Source of the DNA: Eledone cirrhosa | Taxonomy: Eukaryota | DNA length: 64,000 nucleotides | Direction: 5' to 3' | NCBI GenBank assembly: GCA_964016885.1 | Contig: CAXHJY010000943.1 | Coordinates: 1 to 64,000 of the forward strand | The notes under the pieces: generated by a model | What the model saw: only the letters and a program-made list of their open reading frames with translations | Database searches by the model: none | What the model was told of the DNA's origin: nothing | Position numbers and translations under genes: made by a program | Shown: positions 33,159 to 49,323 of the stretch, one piece after another | How positions within the stretch are numbered: the first letter of the stretch is position 1 | How the letters are laid out: each line of letters begins with the position of its first letter

Positions 33159-33817
33159 CTAGCAGAATGGCCCGGCATTGCTCGGGATTCTAAACATAGA
33201 TTGGCATGTTTATCCCTCCTTTATGAAACAGTACAGATAAGTACGGAATACCTCGGCCTCGGGCTGGTGTCTACATTTTGCGCTTATAAAAGAAATTCGT
33301 CGTAGATTACCAGGGTTTTTTTCAATACTTTATCGCGAAATAAATACTTTTGTTTATATTTTGTTATTGTGTATGCAAAAATATGCGGCGTTGCTCGGGA
33401 TTTGCTCTAGGGTTCTTAAATATTTGATATATATCTATCCTTATTGAGCCTCGTGAAATAAATACGTTTGTTTATATTTTGTTATTTTGTATGCAAAAAT
33501 ATCTGTACACGAATATATACACACATATAGCGTCAAAATGTCGTGATGCAGACATCCAGACATACAGACAGATTATAAGGGCGCAACGTTATATCTATGT
33601 ATCTATCTAAAAAGAAAGACTAAAAATTATAGAGAGAGATGGCTAAATCGCCTAATGCGGTCCCGAGGGGATTGAAAATTTGAAATATTCTTTGCTCAAA
33701 ACACCCACAGGACTATAAGTATTACATGTGTAAAGTTTGAAAACAATCGGTTGGGTGGTTCTCGAGTTTTAGGGAGTCAGACAGAGAGACAGACATTCTC
33801 TGTTTTAGATATATAGA
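33159..33817 (-). mobile_element. Non-autonomous Helitron, complete termini
   Basis: Minus strand 5' TC start, subterminal hairpin cccg-agcaatgc-cggg, 3' CTAG, inserted between A and T, no TSD. Confidence 0.8.
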
Positions 33818-34169
33818 TAAGAATCTAAGAAAAAACGACATTTCTAAGTTGATTGATGTCTTCGACATAACAGCAGTTATTACAGTGTTTCATTTGGCGA
33901 TATCATTTCACTTATACAAGTTTAACAGAAAGGCCATTCACATATATATTATAATAGTTCTACAAGTGTTTTCTGTTTTTGGCTTTCACGCGAACACTAT
34001 GGGCAGACAAAAATCACCCCAAAGTATTTATTTAGTATTCATGAAATCTAAGCACACAAAAATACAGGAATTTCCTAAAGTTTTTCATTCATGACAGAAC
34101 CAATTGCTAAGCATACATTGTAAGAGTAAATACACATACATACACACACATGGGGAGGATGAGGTTTAG

Positions 34170-34770
34170 CATCGATAAAAACACCGTTAGAATGTCACAT
34201 CATATACTAACCACTAAGCCTAGAAAACAGTCCACAGAACAAATCTCTACATGATACGGGTAATCTCGTGAGAAATGTCAAGAAGTTTCTTGAAAAATAT
34301 CTCCTGAATGATGACTAAAAACTCACATCCAGGGAAATTTCACACTGCAAGAAATCAACGGATGAAAAGCAGTATGATTGTTATGTTGTCAGAAATCTTC
34401 AAAGTCAGAGTAATATTGATAACGAATGGTGTCTATCTTGGACCAACAACTGCAATAGTAGCTCTCACTTTGAAGAATATGCTCTTGCAATCCAAGAACA
34501 AGAAATAACTGTTTCTACTTTAGGCACAAGGCCAGCAATTACCCAGTGCATTACTGGTACTTTATTTTATCGACCCCGTAAGGATGAAAGGCAAAGTCAA
34601 CCTCGGCGGGATTTGAACTCAGATCGTAAAGGGACGTAACTATGCTGGAAAGCATGGTGTCTGACCCTCTACCGATACTGCCAATCCACCGCCCTGTTAA
34701 CAACATAAGAAATAACAACGAAATACCTGTTGTGCAAAGAAATAAAGATGCAGGCAAAACACAAACACAT
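34170..34770 (+). pseudogene. R4/Dong-like non-LTR retrotransposon ORF remnant, split by a SINE
   Basis: 34334-34510 reads ...NIDNEWCLSWTNNCNSSSHFEEYALAIQEQEIT and resumes after the SINE as EITTKYL. Confidence 0.55.
34510..34695 (-). mobile_element. Young full-length SINE
   Basis: Reverse complement of family consensus; aagaaataac duplicated on both sides. Confidence 0.92.
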
Positions 34771-35506
34771 ATATATATATATCATGAATTACCTAAACGC
34801 TGTATGATTTGTAATTTGAAAATGATGGAATCGTAAACGCAAAAAATAAATGTAAAAACAGTCACTACAAATAAATAACCATATTGATACGGAGTTGAAT
34901 TCTACGTAGCAGCGGCTATTATTTATAGCAATCGACTTTTTCCCCATATATAATAAATCGAAGTACTTGAACAATATTTCCGTCTACTACATTCCTTTCA
35001 GGGTGTATTTGTAAAGCCAACCCGAGGCTATACAAGAACTTACTTGATCAACACACCGTGTATGTAAATCTAACTAGTAGCAACTTGATTGTGAAAAGAA
35101 CTTTCCAACCACAGTCAATTATATTCAATTTGTAAATTAAGTTGGTAAATTTAGCTTACTTCGTCTGCCGTAAGAAGAATACATTAGGTTATTCCCTTCC
35201 CGACGGCGTACCAACATATTCAAATTTCCGAACCTCAGTTATATTAAGCTCCTCTCTTCTCTGCTATATTAAACTATCTTGAAATCTACTATTGTCAGCT
35301 ATATACTACTAGATTAACCTATGTTATATTCTATTTTCTATATTTCTACTATTCAAACTTTTCTCACTTTCACAATTTCTGTCTCTTGTTGAAAGTGTAT
35401 GGGTTAGGTTGTTCGGTTTGCAATCGTAATGCTGCGTGTTCGATTGCCTGATTGGTGGCACAATGTCCTCTTAAGACAATTCATTTCACGTCGCTCCAAT
35501 CAATAA

Positions 35507-35700
35507 CGAGGGTAGACTGAAATGTTCATAGGCTGTCTACGAAGGAGTGGTGCTAGAGCTGTGAAATATTGATTGATTCATTTCAATTCTTATTAATAAC
35601 TGCATTGTTTCTTTCCAAGGGCTATGTTGAAAAATAAACATCATTTGGCCATTCCATGAGAGTATGTTGGTCAGATTATGAATGTTTCATTCGATCCTGG
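35507..35700. mobile_element. Tc1/mariner-type MITE, decayed
   Basis: Imperfect about 29-bp TIRs cgagggtagactgaaatgttcataggctg / cagattatgaatgtttcattcgatcctgg, TA on right flank. Confidence 0.65.
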
Positions 35701-37633
35701 TAAGCTGGTAAGAATGACTAGTAACTGTGATTAATATTTCTTGTGAAAGGGCATAGCTTAGTGGTTAGAGTGTTCGATCTCGGGCCAGGTGGCATGTAGT
35801 GTCCTTTAGAAAGCCTCTATTTCACTTTCCTGAAGACTACGAAGGCAAAATGAGTTGCACCTGTAACTTCAAAGGGACCAGCTTTGCATATATTTTGTGA
35901 CGCTGCATCTCTGATAATTATGTTAACTGTACAAGTGTCTGCGAAATGGCTCAGCTACTGATACGTCAATTATTTTACGAATATGCTATATTCGAAACCA
36001 ACGAATATCCAGCACACACACAGAGAGAGAGAGAGCGAGAGAGAGCGTGCGTGCGTGCGAGCGAGCGAGCGAGCGAGCGTGCAGAATTTTAAGAAGTTAG
36101 ACCTTATTAATTTCATAAAACCACTGGTAATGCATAAATAAATCAATTTCATAAGCACATTGTTCTCTTGTTTGAGCAACTGAAACACTCATCGTCGCAA
36201 CCAACAGAGGTCCACAACACACACATTACGCCATTTTCTATTCTGCTATATTAAACTATCTTGAATTATACTATATTCAATCATGTTGTGTTCTATCATA
36301 TTAACCTACGTTATATTACATTTTATTTATATATAATATTCAATATTTTCTCACTTTCATACTTACTATTTATATATCTCTACTGCTCGCTACCTTGTCC
36401 CTCTCCTATCATTCCTTCTCTCTTTCTTTTTCTCTTCCCCTCTTATACGAATATACTCTATCTCTCACCCTTGCGTTCACTGCTCCCACCTTCTCACATG
36501 AAGATTCTCTTGTCCTCTCTGTCTCTTCTGCTTCCTAACTTTCCCAAACTGTCTCCTTTCTCATACAAACACTCTCTTACTCTCTAATCCCGTGGGTCTC
36601 TCTTTCCCACCTCTCTCCATCGCTTCATATTCCCTGCTCTATTCTCATACAAATATTCTCTCTCCCATACTATCTCATATGCCCTGTCTCTATTCTCATA
36701 CGACCATTATAATGTCCATTAATGTATCTCTTGCTGTCTCTCTCCTAACACGACACACTCTCTCTTCCACTATGCTACACTCTTTATTTCCTTTTCCGTT
36801 TCATACTTGATTTTCCACCCTCTTATCTCTTATTCCACCCTCATTTTCTTTGCATATTTTACTATCCCTTCTTTATCTTTTCTAATGTTATATTTCCTTT
36901 TAATTTTCATCTTTGATGAACTCAAATGGAGGGAAAAAAGCATTTTTGTAAGGGTAAAATATGTTGATCAAATTTATATTGAGTACTATTATTTCTTTTT
37001 AAACTGATCTCTTACTATTGTGGTTCACGTCTAAGAACCCTGATAGAACCGTGGAAGCATTTTAAATCTGACGGAACCCCTCTCTCTCTCTCCAAGTCTA
37101 AATGCAGCCGATTTCTTCCAGAGCAGTGGAGTGAATGGACCTAAGTATTTAACTCGAACTTCATTTACTAACCTCAAAAGTATGAAAAGCAAAGGTTTCC
37201 TCGGCAGGATTTGATCTCCGAGCTCAGAGATCCGCTAAAAGCACTACAGATCATGCTATCCGACCTTCTAATATCTCTGCACCTTCATCACATTTTTATA
37301 TGAATTTACTACGCATATATTCTTAAATGTTGTGTGTGTACGTATGCAACTGTCTGTCAATGTTAATCAACCTCTCCTCTACCTACCTTCTCTGTGAATT
37401 CTTGATTCTGTGTATCTAACCAACATTGGAAACGTGAACTTTCCAGACATGACGTCATACTCTATCCTGAAAATTACTATAATTCAGTTTGTGTCTGTTT
37501 CAGTTTTTATTATAGACCAGCAGACAAATACTTCGATAAAGGATATGTTAAAAACATTATCAAAGAACTTGTTGCTATTATCAGAGTCAATTCTTCCTTC
37601 TATTTACACTCACACACACAAATACAATATGTA

Positions 37634-37674
<41 letters not shown>

Positions 37675-38353
37675 TATATACACACATACATATATACATA
37701 TGTACACACACATAATTACAATATTAAATTGTATTATACTAAATACATTAAATTATACTTTTTTCGTTACTTCCCTACATATATGCAATATTGAATATTC
37801 TATATATATAAGCGTGCATGTGCGTGTGAAAGACTGCCTATATTTGTGAATGTATCTCTCTCGTCCCACAATTTCTCTCCACACACATATATACACACAC
37901 ACACGCGCGTGCATTGTATGTGAATATGTATACACAATGGATATATGTGCTGAGCCAGGCTGTATATTTGAGGCTTTTGGTAAAACTTAAGGCGTATATA
38001 TCTATCGTTTGCCTTCAGGTGCGTGCGCGTGTGCGCGTGTGTGCGGGTGCGCGCGCGTGTGTATGTGTTCGCGTGCGTGTGTATTACATGTGAAATGGAC
38101 CTCTATTGGTTTAGACAATGAATGCCAAGACACTTCGATCAACGGAACACCATGCTGGTTGAAATTAACATACATGTGGTTGAACATTCTACTGACATCT
38201 GTCCCTTTAATGTAAGGGAGATTCTGCGTGACACGGGGTTTGACATGGCTAAAATTACAGTTACTGTTCAGCCAGTGGTTTTCCAAGCAGTTCCCAAATT
38301 TCACTCACAAGACATAGGTCGAACGGTATCTATGGTAAAATATTATTAGCATA

Positions 38354-38541
38354 AGGGCGGTGGATTGGCAGTATCGGTGGAGGGTCGGACGCCATGCTTT
38401 CCAACATAGTTACGTCCCTTTACGATCTGAGTTCAAATCCCGCCGAGGTTGACTTTGCATTTCATCCTTACGGGGTCGATAAAATAAAGTACCAGTAATG
38501 CACTGGATATTTGCTGGCCTTGTGCCTAAAGTAGAAACAAT
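38354..38541 (+). mobile_element. Young full-length SINE
   Basis: Consensus match; attattagcMtaag duplicated at both ends. Confidence 0.92.
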
Positions 38542-38649
38542 TATTAGCCTAAGATGTCATGCAGTGAGATCACTCCAGGAACCTAATGTTTGCCAACATT
38601 ACATTTTTACCATTTGGCTATGCGACGTCCAATCACCACCCAAGCATAT

Positions 38650-38835
38650 ATAAATAAATCAGGATAGAACCAGTTAAAAACTAGCTAGACTCAACAGAGT
38701 ACTCAATACTTGCCGTATGGCTACACCATAAAGAGTAGGGACACAACGGCGAGTGCTCAGCCCTCTTTTTAGAGAGATATGAAAGGACTACAGGGCTAGA
38801 ACTGCTTTATCCGTATTAAATTATCAGTTCATTGG
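38650..38835 (-). mobile_element. Decayed family-B-related PLE end with eroded hammerhead
   Basis: Minus strand ctgataattt..ggataaagcagttctagccctgtag resembles ctgatgattt..gaatgaaacagttctagtcctgtag; has gtattgagtact. Confidence 0.5.
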
Positions 38836-40263
38836 TGATGATTTCATACAGGTGGCGGTGGTGATGATTTCATACCAGGAGTGTGTGGGTGTGTGCATAT
38901 ACATACATTCACATACAAACACACCACACGCTTCTCCATTTCAGTCACAATAGTAGATTACACATGTCACACATAGAGGAAAGTCAATGAAATATTAAAA
39001 TCCGTCATGTCATCTCCCCAACCCGCTCTCCTGTTGTGTATTTACGGTGTCACTCAGTTCAGTTTTATTTGGTCCATCGTAGAGCTCACTAAATTTTATG
39101 TATTTTCATATTCATTTCAAATGTTCAAAATACGTTTACAATAAGGTATAGACTAAAAATAAAGAGAAAGTTGAAAGGAGGGCGAGAAAACAAACTACAC
39201 CCTTGGATGGACAGTATATCTCAGCTGCCCTTCAGTTGAGGAGATGGTGAAAGCATTGCCGCAGAAAACAGCCAGTGATACCCCTTTGGCATCAGTCATT
39301 TCTCCTTATTTCTAGCAAACTCCATACCCTGGAGTGGACTGTTTATAAATGATACTCGCCAATGAAGCCATGCAGTTGGATGGAACCCGGGACCTAATGA
39401 TTTCGATCCATGCCGAGCCCATTGATAAAAAATATCACAAAAAAAAAATCGAGAATTACCCTAACATTTATTGCTGATATATATATATAATTTTTGAAAA
39501 TGGCATAACTTTTTAATATGAAATATTTTCAATCCTTGTTTCGGGCTATTTGATTTCATGAGAAAATAAGTGTAAATGGAAATACATAGACATTTAAACT
39601 CGACAGATGTTTTTTGTGTATGTGTACGTGAGCAAGTATGTGCGTGTGTCCGGTACATATAGCATCCAACATAAAATAAACATTGGAGTAATTTAACTCC
39701 TGTGTTGCTAGTAATGAAAATGTGTGGCTTAACGGCTAGCTTGTAGGGCTCACAAATGTAAGTACGATCTCCTGACCGTTAAACCCGAGTCGTTCAGCAA
39801 GACACTCTTTCTCGTTGCTCCAGTTCATACAGCTGAGATTATATATATATATATATCCGTATTTAGTTGACGGCTGTGTACTAAAAGACGATGTGGAGTT
39901 TTAAGATTGATTTTATTAAGGCTAAATAGTGAGTCTTGTTACTCTGGAGTTTTGTCTTTATCAAAGGGTCATCAGACAACAGTCCTTGTCTGTTGACCGT
40001 AAATATGACCAGTTCTTTCTGGGACCAATACAATAAGTGAAATTGGAAATAGAAAGAGCTACTGAACCTGCTCTTTAAGAACACTTGGTGTATATTCGTT
40101 ATTGTAACACGAGATGCAAAAATAAGCCACCGTTTACGTTTCTGACAAAACTGTAAATGAAGTGAGAGCAAAAATAATTTGCTTAAACTATTCATATAAT
40201 ATATAGCAAAGTTTCATTGAAAAATCAAAATGAACAAAACTACCTTTCTTCCAGTTTATCATT

Positions 40264-40302
<39 letters not shown>

Positions 40303-40304
<2 letters not shown>

Positions 40305-40472
40305 AATACAAAGAGGGTGTGATAAGATACCAGGTGGACCATAACGCACCAGAGTACTCAATACTTAGGCTATTAGAGTGTTTAATAGGAACAGAGTCAG
40401 GACCCCGACGGCTGAGCTTCGGATCTAGCTGTCGAAACGGCCGTAGCTTAGTCGTCGGGGTCTTGACTTTTC
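40303..40472 (-). mobile_element. PLE fold-back mini-element, family A
   Basis: Family tail plus inverted arm carrying GAAAC-GGCC-GTA; TA-flanked. Confidence 0.8.
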
Positions 40473-43208
40473 ATATATAATATATATATAGATATATATA
40501 ACTGGATTTCCATTCACCACACGCTATCTCTGGCCCTTTGTCCTTATTTACCAAAGGTATTACTAAAATTGTTCAATGTTATTTTACATGATAGATTCCA
40601 TCGAGAAATTCCTGCCGCCAGATTGCAGATGATTAAATATTTCATCTGTTTATCTTTGAAAAGTTACGATGTTGCAGCATACGTGACGCTTCTTATCGAC
40701 AAATATTTCAATCTCGTTGTTTGTTATCTCTCTTATAAGGTGTCATTCCTGATATCATACAGCAAATATCATAGGATTTCTGATATCAAAGCTAATTGTA
40801 AACAAGATCAGATTGATGAAGCCATCAATTAATAAATGGCTAATGCAGTTCTAATTAATATCTTCCATCAATTCCTCCCCCAATATTCCCATGGACGTTT
40901 TTGTACGAGAATCTGAGACAAATGATTGGCTTAAAATTTAAAAAAAAAATATTGAAACTAATCTTTCTCATCCAAGAAAATGTCAACCTGACCTGGTATT
41001 TAGTTCAGTATAGGATGGGGATTAAAACTTGTTCCTGTATTGCAGAAAAAAATATTTCTTTTCGCGCAAAGTTTAATATTCTCCATTGAAAACATGAAGG
41101 CGGTGGATTGAGACGGCGGTTAGAACGTTAGATAAACACATTTTGTGGTATTCTTTCCGGATAATTGAAGTCTGCGATCAAATCTCGTCAAATTTATTTA
41201 GGACTTTCAATATTTCGAGGTCGATATAGAACATTTTACTATTTGGGTCGATTCTTCCTCAATATAATATTTTAATTGTTTTCTACGAGATATCTACACA
41301 CAGAATTATACAGTACTTCATAATTTCATATAATTCGATTAAATATCACAGGGTCGATAATATAAAGTACCAGTTAAGTACTGGGTCGATTTAATTAATT
41401 TCGCCGCCACCAAAATACGTTGGCTTTGTGCCTAAACTAGAAATTATTAGATTTTTTTTTGTTCACTATTTAGTATGGATCTCTGTCTCTTACGGCGAAC
41501 ACTGCTCCAGTTATTCAAAAAAAAAAACAGCCTACTCGTGAAAGTAACATGGAAAAGAAAATGGCTCATCATTCCACATACAAATATACCCTGGACGTTG
41601 ATTTCAGGGAGATTCGGTGAGACAGCGTGTAAGAAGGATGTTATCTGAATTATTGATACAACTTACTTTTACTAGCTGAGTGGAGCGGAGTGCAACAACA
41701 GGAAATGAACTGGCTTGCTGTAGGAATGCGCGTCGGCGAGAATCGAACTCATGACTCTACGATTTTGAAACGAACACACCTAACCACTACACCTCGCAAT
41801 TTTCACATATCTGCAGAAAACTTAATCGCCTTGCTTCCTCTAATGTGATGACAATAACTAAAGATTTGATAAAAAAGCGCAAGACAGATGTCGCACATGT
41901 ATGCCTATGTTATCTTGGGGGGGGGGGGGGGGGGGGTGAAACGATAGAGGTACGCAGGTGGAGAGTATATCAAATAATGAAAACATTTGTAGTAAATGCT
42001 TGCAAGAGAAAAACAGAGAAAGCCAACAGACAGTTTATTAAACTACATGCGAGGAAATCTAAACTAAATTAATTCTTTACACTACATAAAGTGTACTGAA
42101 TACTACAACTACATAAAAAAGTTGGTTTATCACATTACATTGATTACAATAACATTTAATGTAATGTGATGTGTGCATTTTTGTTTTGCGTGAGTAATAA
42201 TGAATGCTGTGTTAAATGATAAATACCTTTTGAAAGCATAATTTTTTGGTTTCTGAAGTACACGTAGCATGTTGTGTAATAAAGAGAAGGCATACCAAGA
42301 GAAGTTGTTGGCTTGAATAAGCAAAAATCCTATCGAGGACAACATTACCCATTATTCAGTTGGGTTCAATAAATATGGTTGAATTGTTAAAGTGTCCAAC
42401 AGGAGTTTTGTTTTTCTATTTCATCTGGATCTGTGTGTTTTTAGTTCAATTCCTGTCAACTCCTATAAAAATTTGTGACCAACAGTTAATATCACCTTGC
42501 AATATACCAGGCGATTTATTGCATTAAAGCTATTTAAAAATTATAAAATTAAGGCTCAATCAATACCTCAGCTACCCAAAGGAAGGACAAAATATGACGG
42601 TGAGCAATTTAACTGATTATAGTAGATTTGTTAGTCACTGTAGTTGTGTGGTGTTCAAGTTAATGTTAGGTTAAAAGGAGTTTAAAGTGAATCGCCACAG
42701 CGACTAATGTTATAGATTACACCGTCTTCTATTCCAACTTTCCGGAGATATGAGTGTAGATTCATGGTATAACCCTCTTGATTGCTTCGCAAGGTTGTCC
42801 AATCAGCAAAGGAATAGTGAAGGGGTGTTGCCTAGTAGTTAATGTGCGGGACTCATAATGATAAGGTCGTGGGTTCGAATTCTAAACAGGGGAGCGTGCA
42901 TAGATATAAGCTATTAATTTCGTTTTATTTTTATTCTCAATGTGGTTCTGGAATTCGGAATTTACTTTTCCGAACATGTCTTTATTTAGCCTCCATTAAG
43001 ACTTGATCAAGCAGATCAAAGGTTATCCAACCGTGACTATTTCATCATTTATAATATAAATGGCATATAGTAACTAGGGTTAGATTAACCGTATACATAT
43101 TTTGTTTTTGTTTAATAAGGTAGAATGTGATTTGAAGGATATTTAGTTATTATTATCTACTGAGAAGACAGGGTCAATGAAACGACGATGTAAATAGTTA
43201 CAATTGTG

Positions 43209-43270
<62 letters not shown>

Positions 43271-43759
43271 GTGTGTGTGTGTGTATAAATTATTCAGTTG
43301 TATATAAATCTACACCATTTGCCATAGATTATAATTGCATGCATGCAATAATATTGTTCAAACGTAAAGCGCCTTTTGAGCTCGGCCAAGCTTTTAATTT
43401 TGTTGTTTTCTTCCCATAAAAGCGGAGTATCTGAAGCGTCATCAATGATTAACAATGAGCCTGACAGGGTTAAATATGTATAACAATGTTAGCTGGTAAT
43501 TACATTTTACTTTTCAGGTGGGGACGAGGACATAGGGCGAGGGCGTAAGGGGTAGGAGTGGGGATGAGACCAGTGTGGTGAAAGTGGGAATGTATGTATG
43601 TATATATGTATATATATATATATGTGTATGTAATGTAGCATTGGTAAGGTGGGTCGGTGTGTGCATCGGGGAGGGACTTGTGGGATGTTTGTAGGGGCGT
43701 ATGCATGTATATGTGCGTGTGGGTATGATTGGGAGAATGGGGTAGAGATGTAGGAGCTT

Positions 43760-45129
<1,370 letters not shown>

Positions 45130-45137
45130 CACGCACA

Positions 45138-45203
<66 letters not shown>

Positions 45204-45411
45204 AATGCATGTGTGCGCGTATGTATTGGTAGGTTTTCGAATATCTTTATAGGTGTGAGTATAGAGTGTATGAGATGCATGTATGTAGGTATATATGTAT
45301 ATGTGCTAAGATCAAATATATGAATTACTAGTTACTTTATACAGGTCCATAGAATTTACATAAATGTTCTCCTTCACACACAGGAACTCTGATGATATTG
45401 GTTGGGTTGTC

Positions 45412-45588
45412 AGTATCGGTAGAGAGTCGGACGCCATGCTTTGCAGCAAAGAGTTACGACCCTTTATGGTCTGAGTTCAAATCACGCCGAGGTTAAATTT
45501 GCTTTCATCTTTACGAGGCCGATAAAATAAAGTACCAGTAATACACTGAGATAACTGGTAGTCTTGTGCCAAAAGTAGAAACAATTAT
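45412..45588 (+). mobile_element. SINE copy
   Basis: Consensus match with moderate divergence. Confidence 0.85.
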
Positions 45589-45635
45589 TTGGTCAGTAAT
45601 TCCTGTGTATGTGTAAGTATATATATATATATATA

Positions 45636-45827
45636 ACGAAGGAAGTGTGGTAAGGAACCAGGTAGACCATAACGCACCAGAGTGCTCGATACTTTGGGTA
45701 GTACAGTGGGTAATAGGAAAAGAGTCAGGACCCCGACGGCAGAGCTCAATCCGTTTCGACGGCTATTTCTGGAGTGAAATAGCCGTCGAAACGGCTTGAG
45801 CTCTGCCGTTGGGGTCCTGACTCTTTT

Positions 45828-45829
<2 letters not shown>
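45636..45829 (-). mobile_element. PLE fold-back mini-element, family A
   Basis: About 55-bp inverted arms, apex gacggctatttc/gaaatagccgtc next to GAAAC; TA-flanked. Confidence 0.82.
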
Positions 45830-45874
<45 letters not shown>

Positions 45875-47086
45875 TTGTGTGTGTCTATATATGTATGTTT
45901 GTGTGCATGAATGAACACACCAAGCTTTAGATTTAGTAGAACGTACAACCACTGATTCCAGCTATTTGCACTATCGTATATTTTGGTTTCTGTTAATTCC
46001 CTGGAGAATTGGTTGACCAAATGCTTTGCTTAATTGTTTTATTCATTTTAATAAAAAATGTCATTCTTTCTCTTAGACTTCAGGTATTTTTTGAAAGCAA
46101 AGCAGTGGTCCCTAATACACTACAGTGGGCCCTGCAATCTACCCGTGGGCACCCTGGGGACCATTTGCCATTGGGCAACCTGGCGAGTCCACCACTGGTC
46201 AGAGTAGCAAATTCCAAACTTTTGGCTTTCAACTCCTGATGCAGCTGTAGTAGCACAGACCCGAACATCGGAAACTTGGCGGAGCCAATGCCCTTCCAAT
46301 TTGGGCCATAGTCTAGTTCTTCCACAGAGCGAGAGAGAGAAAGGGAGCAGGCTTGTGTATTACATTTATCATGGGGGTGGAGAGTTGTATTGGGGTGGGG
46401 AGTCTCATATTTCGACCTCACCAGTTAGATCGCTTTATTTCCAGAAAGATGAAAGCAAAGTTGCCCTCGTATTTGAACTCAGAACGTAAAGAGCCGGAAC
46501 TAGAACCACAAACCATATCTTCGACGCTCCTCAGACTCCACCAAGCCACTGCTCTCGTTTCCTCACAACTATTGTACTCTCGATAGGGGACTGATGGGGT
46601 TCCAACCACGAGTGTTCTAGTTGTTTAAACAACGCAATAGCATGATCGTGAACATGCTATTATAACATATAAGCGGCTGAGCATTCCATTAAAACGTGTA
46701 CCCTTATTGCAGCTCCCGGGAAAATTCGTCGTGAGACTGCGTGTGCAAGTGCTGGCTTTTTTAAGTGCAGATGTAGCTTATACTTGCCAGCAGTGTGGAC
46801 TGGATAAATATGAAATAAAGTAACTTGAACAAGTAAACAACGCGCTCCTGAGAATCGAACTCACGACTATACGATGGAAAACTGAACACACTGACCACTG
46901 AGCTATGCGTCGGCACTCACAGTTATTAACAGTAAACTGAAAATCAATTAAATAAACATATGAACATAGAAAAAGTACACTAATGTGTTATCAAAAATAC
47001 CGTGTGGTTACTTCATACAATGCTTAACATTTTTCAAAGAATCTTAAGCAAATCTCCGATAACAATTCTATGTGCTCTTATCTTTC

Positions 47087-47165
47087 AATACGCAATTTGT
47101 ACGATTTAATAGAAAAGCTAAGTTCATAAATTAGCTTTTCTATTAAATTGTACAAATTGCATATT
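47087..47165. repeat. Near-perfect 79-bp palindrome
   Basis: aatacgcaatttgtacgatttaatagaaaagctaa / ttagcttttctattaaattgtacaaattgcatatt. Confidence 0.85.
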
Positions 47166-48649
47166 CCCCATTGATATTTATATGATTCATAGGAAACGAT
47201 ATGATATTCACTTTAATAAGATAGTGGTCTGTGGTTGAACCAGCATGAGCTGATTATAACGAGCTGTTCCTTTATAGAGGAATTTTATATCATTGTTGAC
47301 TATTATTGTGCCAATGAAAATATATTCATTGTACAATAAATTCCATACAAAAATGATCCATCTTTAACAATAATGTGTATGGAATTAATTTATTATTAAA
47401 AGGAAAAGAAAGTGCGGTGGATTTGCAGAATCGTTTGAGCGTTGAACAAATGCTTTGTGACATTTGTTTCGATACTTTGTGTTCTGAGTTCAAATCTCGC
47501 AGAGATCACCTTTGACTTTTATCTTTCTGGGGTCGATAAAATAAAGTACTAGGCAATTCTGGACTCGGTATAATCAACTTTTCCCTCCTCACTAATTGCT
47601 AATTCATTCATTCATCCCCATCGCTCTGTGGAGCATAAGCTATTAACGGCTCACCTTGAGTTCAAACACTGTCAACGTCAACTTTGCCGCCATATTTTGG
47701 GGGTCGATAAATAAAGTTCAAATCCAGCGGGTATCTGCATTCTGAGTTAAAATCCCGTCTCCTTCTGTCTAGAGTTACGTTTCTCCCACCACTGTCTTTC
47801 CTTTGCTGACACTAAGTAAATGTTTGATTGAGCTCACTATATACAGAGACAAAACTAAAATATACATTAAATTATGATTGTTTTCTTTTGGCTAACCATA
47901 ACGCATCATACATCTGTATTTCTTCCGGCTTTCTGCGTTCTGAGTTCAAATCCCGCCGAGGTCAGCTTTGTCTTCGCTCTTTTCGAGGTTGATAAATTAA
48001 ATAGCAATCAAATATTGGAATCAGCTATTCACTCTCTCTCTCTCTCTTTCTTTCACAATTTTTCTCTGGGGTAGGGAAGAGGGATCCACCAGATTTAGAA
48101 TAACATCCAATGTGTCAGGACGATGACAGTGCGACTCCATTTGTAGCTAAGCTGTCTTCCTTTCCAAAATGTAATGCCACGTATTTAAATAAATAAAGGG
48201 TGGGGTATAATTTCGTGAAATCATGATATGAACTTATTGTTCACGTTTGATTGAAGTATTTTCCTGGCTTCTGCTTGCTGGGAGCTCATTTCTTATTTTA
48301 GCGTGTTCGCAATGACTCTGCAAAGACTTCACGATAGTTAAATGAGAAGCAATTACAAAGATCGGTACAGAAATTGAAAAATACAATTATTCTTTCTCAA
48401 AACTTCTGCTCGCTTGATTCAATGGATTATTCTAATCCTTCACTTCTTCCCAACATTTATTCTTCTATTTCTTAACTTTTTGATAAACTTGGGCACAAAT
48501 TTGTGTTAACATATTTGGAAAAGCAATAATTTCTTGCTGCTGTTGTTGTTGTTGTTATATTCCATTTGGTTTTCCATTAAACCGTCAAAATTACATATTA
48601 TCAGATATCTATAATACATGATATATTAAACATACATGTTTAATACATA

Positions 48650-48791
48650 GTATAACTGTGTATATATACATGTACACATATATATACATATATATACATA
48701 CATATATGCATACATATATACATATATATGCATACATATATATGCACAGATATCTGTGCATATAGATATACATATACACACACACACACAC

Positions 48792-48855
<64 letters not shown>

Positions 48856-48867
48856 CATATATATACA

Positions 48868-48921
<54 letters not shown>

Positions 48922-48979
48922 CATATATAGACATACATATATATATATACATATATATATATACATATATAGACATACA

Positions 48980-49011
<32 letters not shown>

Positions 49012-49084
49012 CATACATATATATATATATACATATATATATATACATACATATATATATATATACATATATATATATACATAC

Positions 49085-49117
<33 letters not shown>

Positions 49118-49118
49118 G

Positions 49119-49203
<85 letters not shown>

Positions 49204-49248
49204 TACATATATATATATATATAGACATACATATATATATATATATAG

Positions 49249-49323
<75 letters not shown>

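Noticed and set aside
31873-33817. Single large MITE with 280-bp TIRs
   Set aside because: Better explained as two Helitrons given TC start, hairpin + CTAG end and AT target
39881-40195. 104-aa ORF with acceptor-like site as host exon
   Set aside because: No recognisable domain or supporting neighbouring exons
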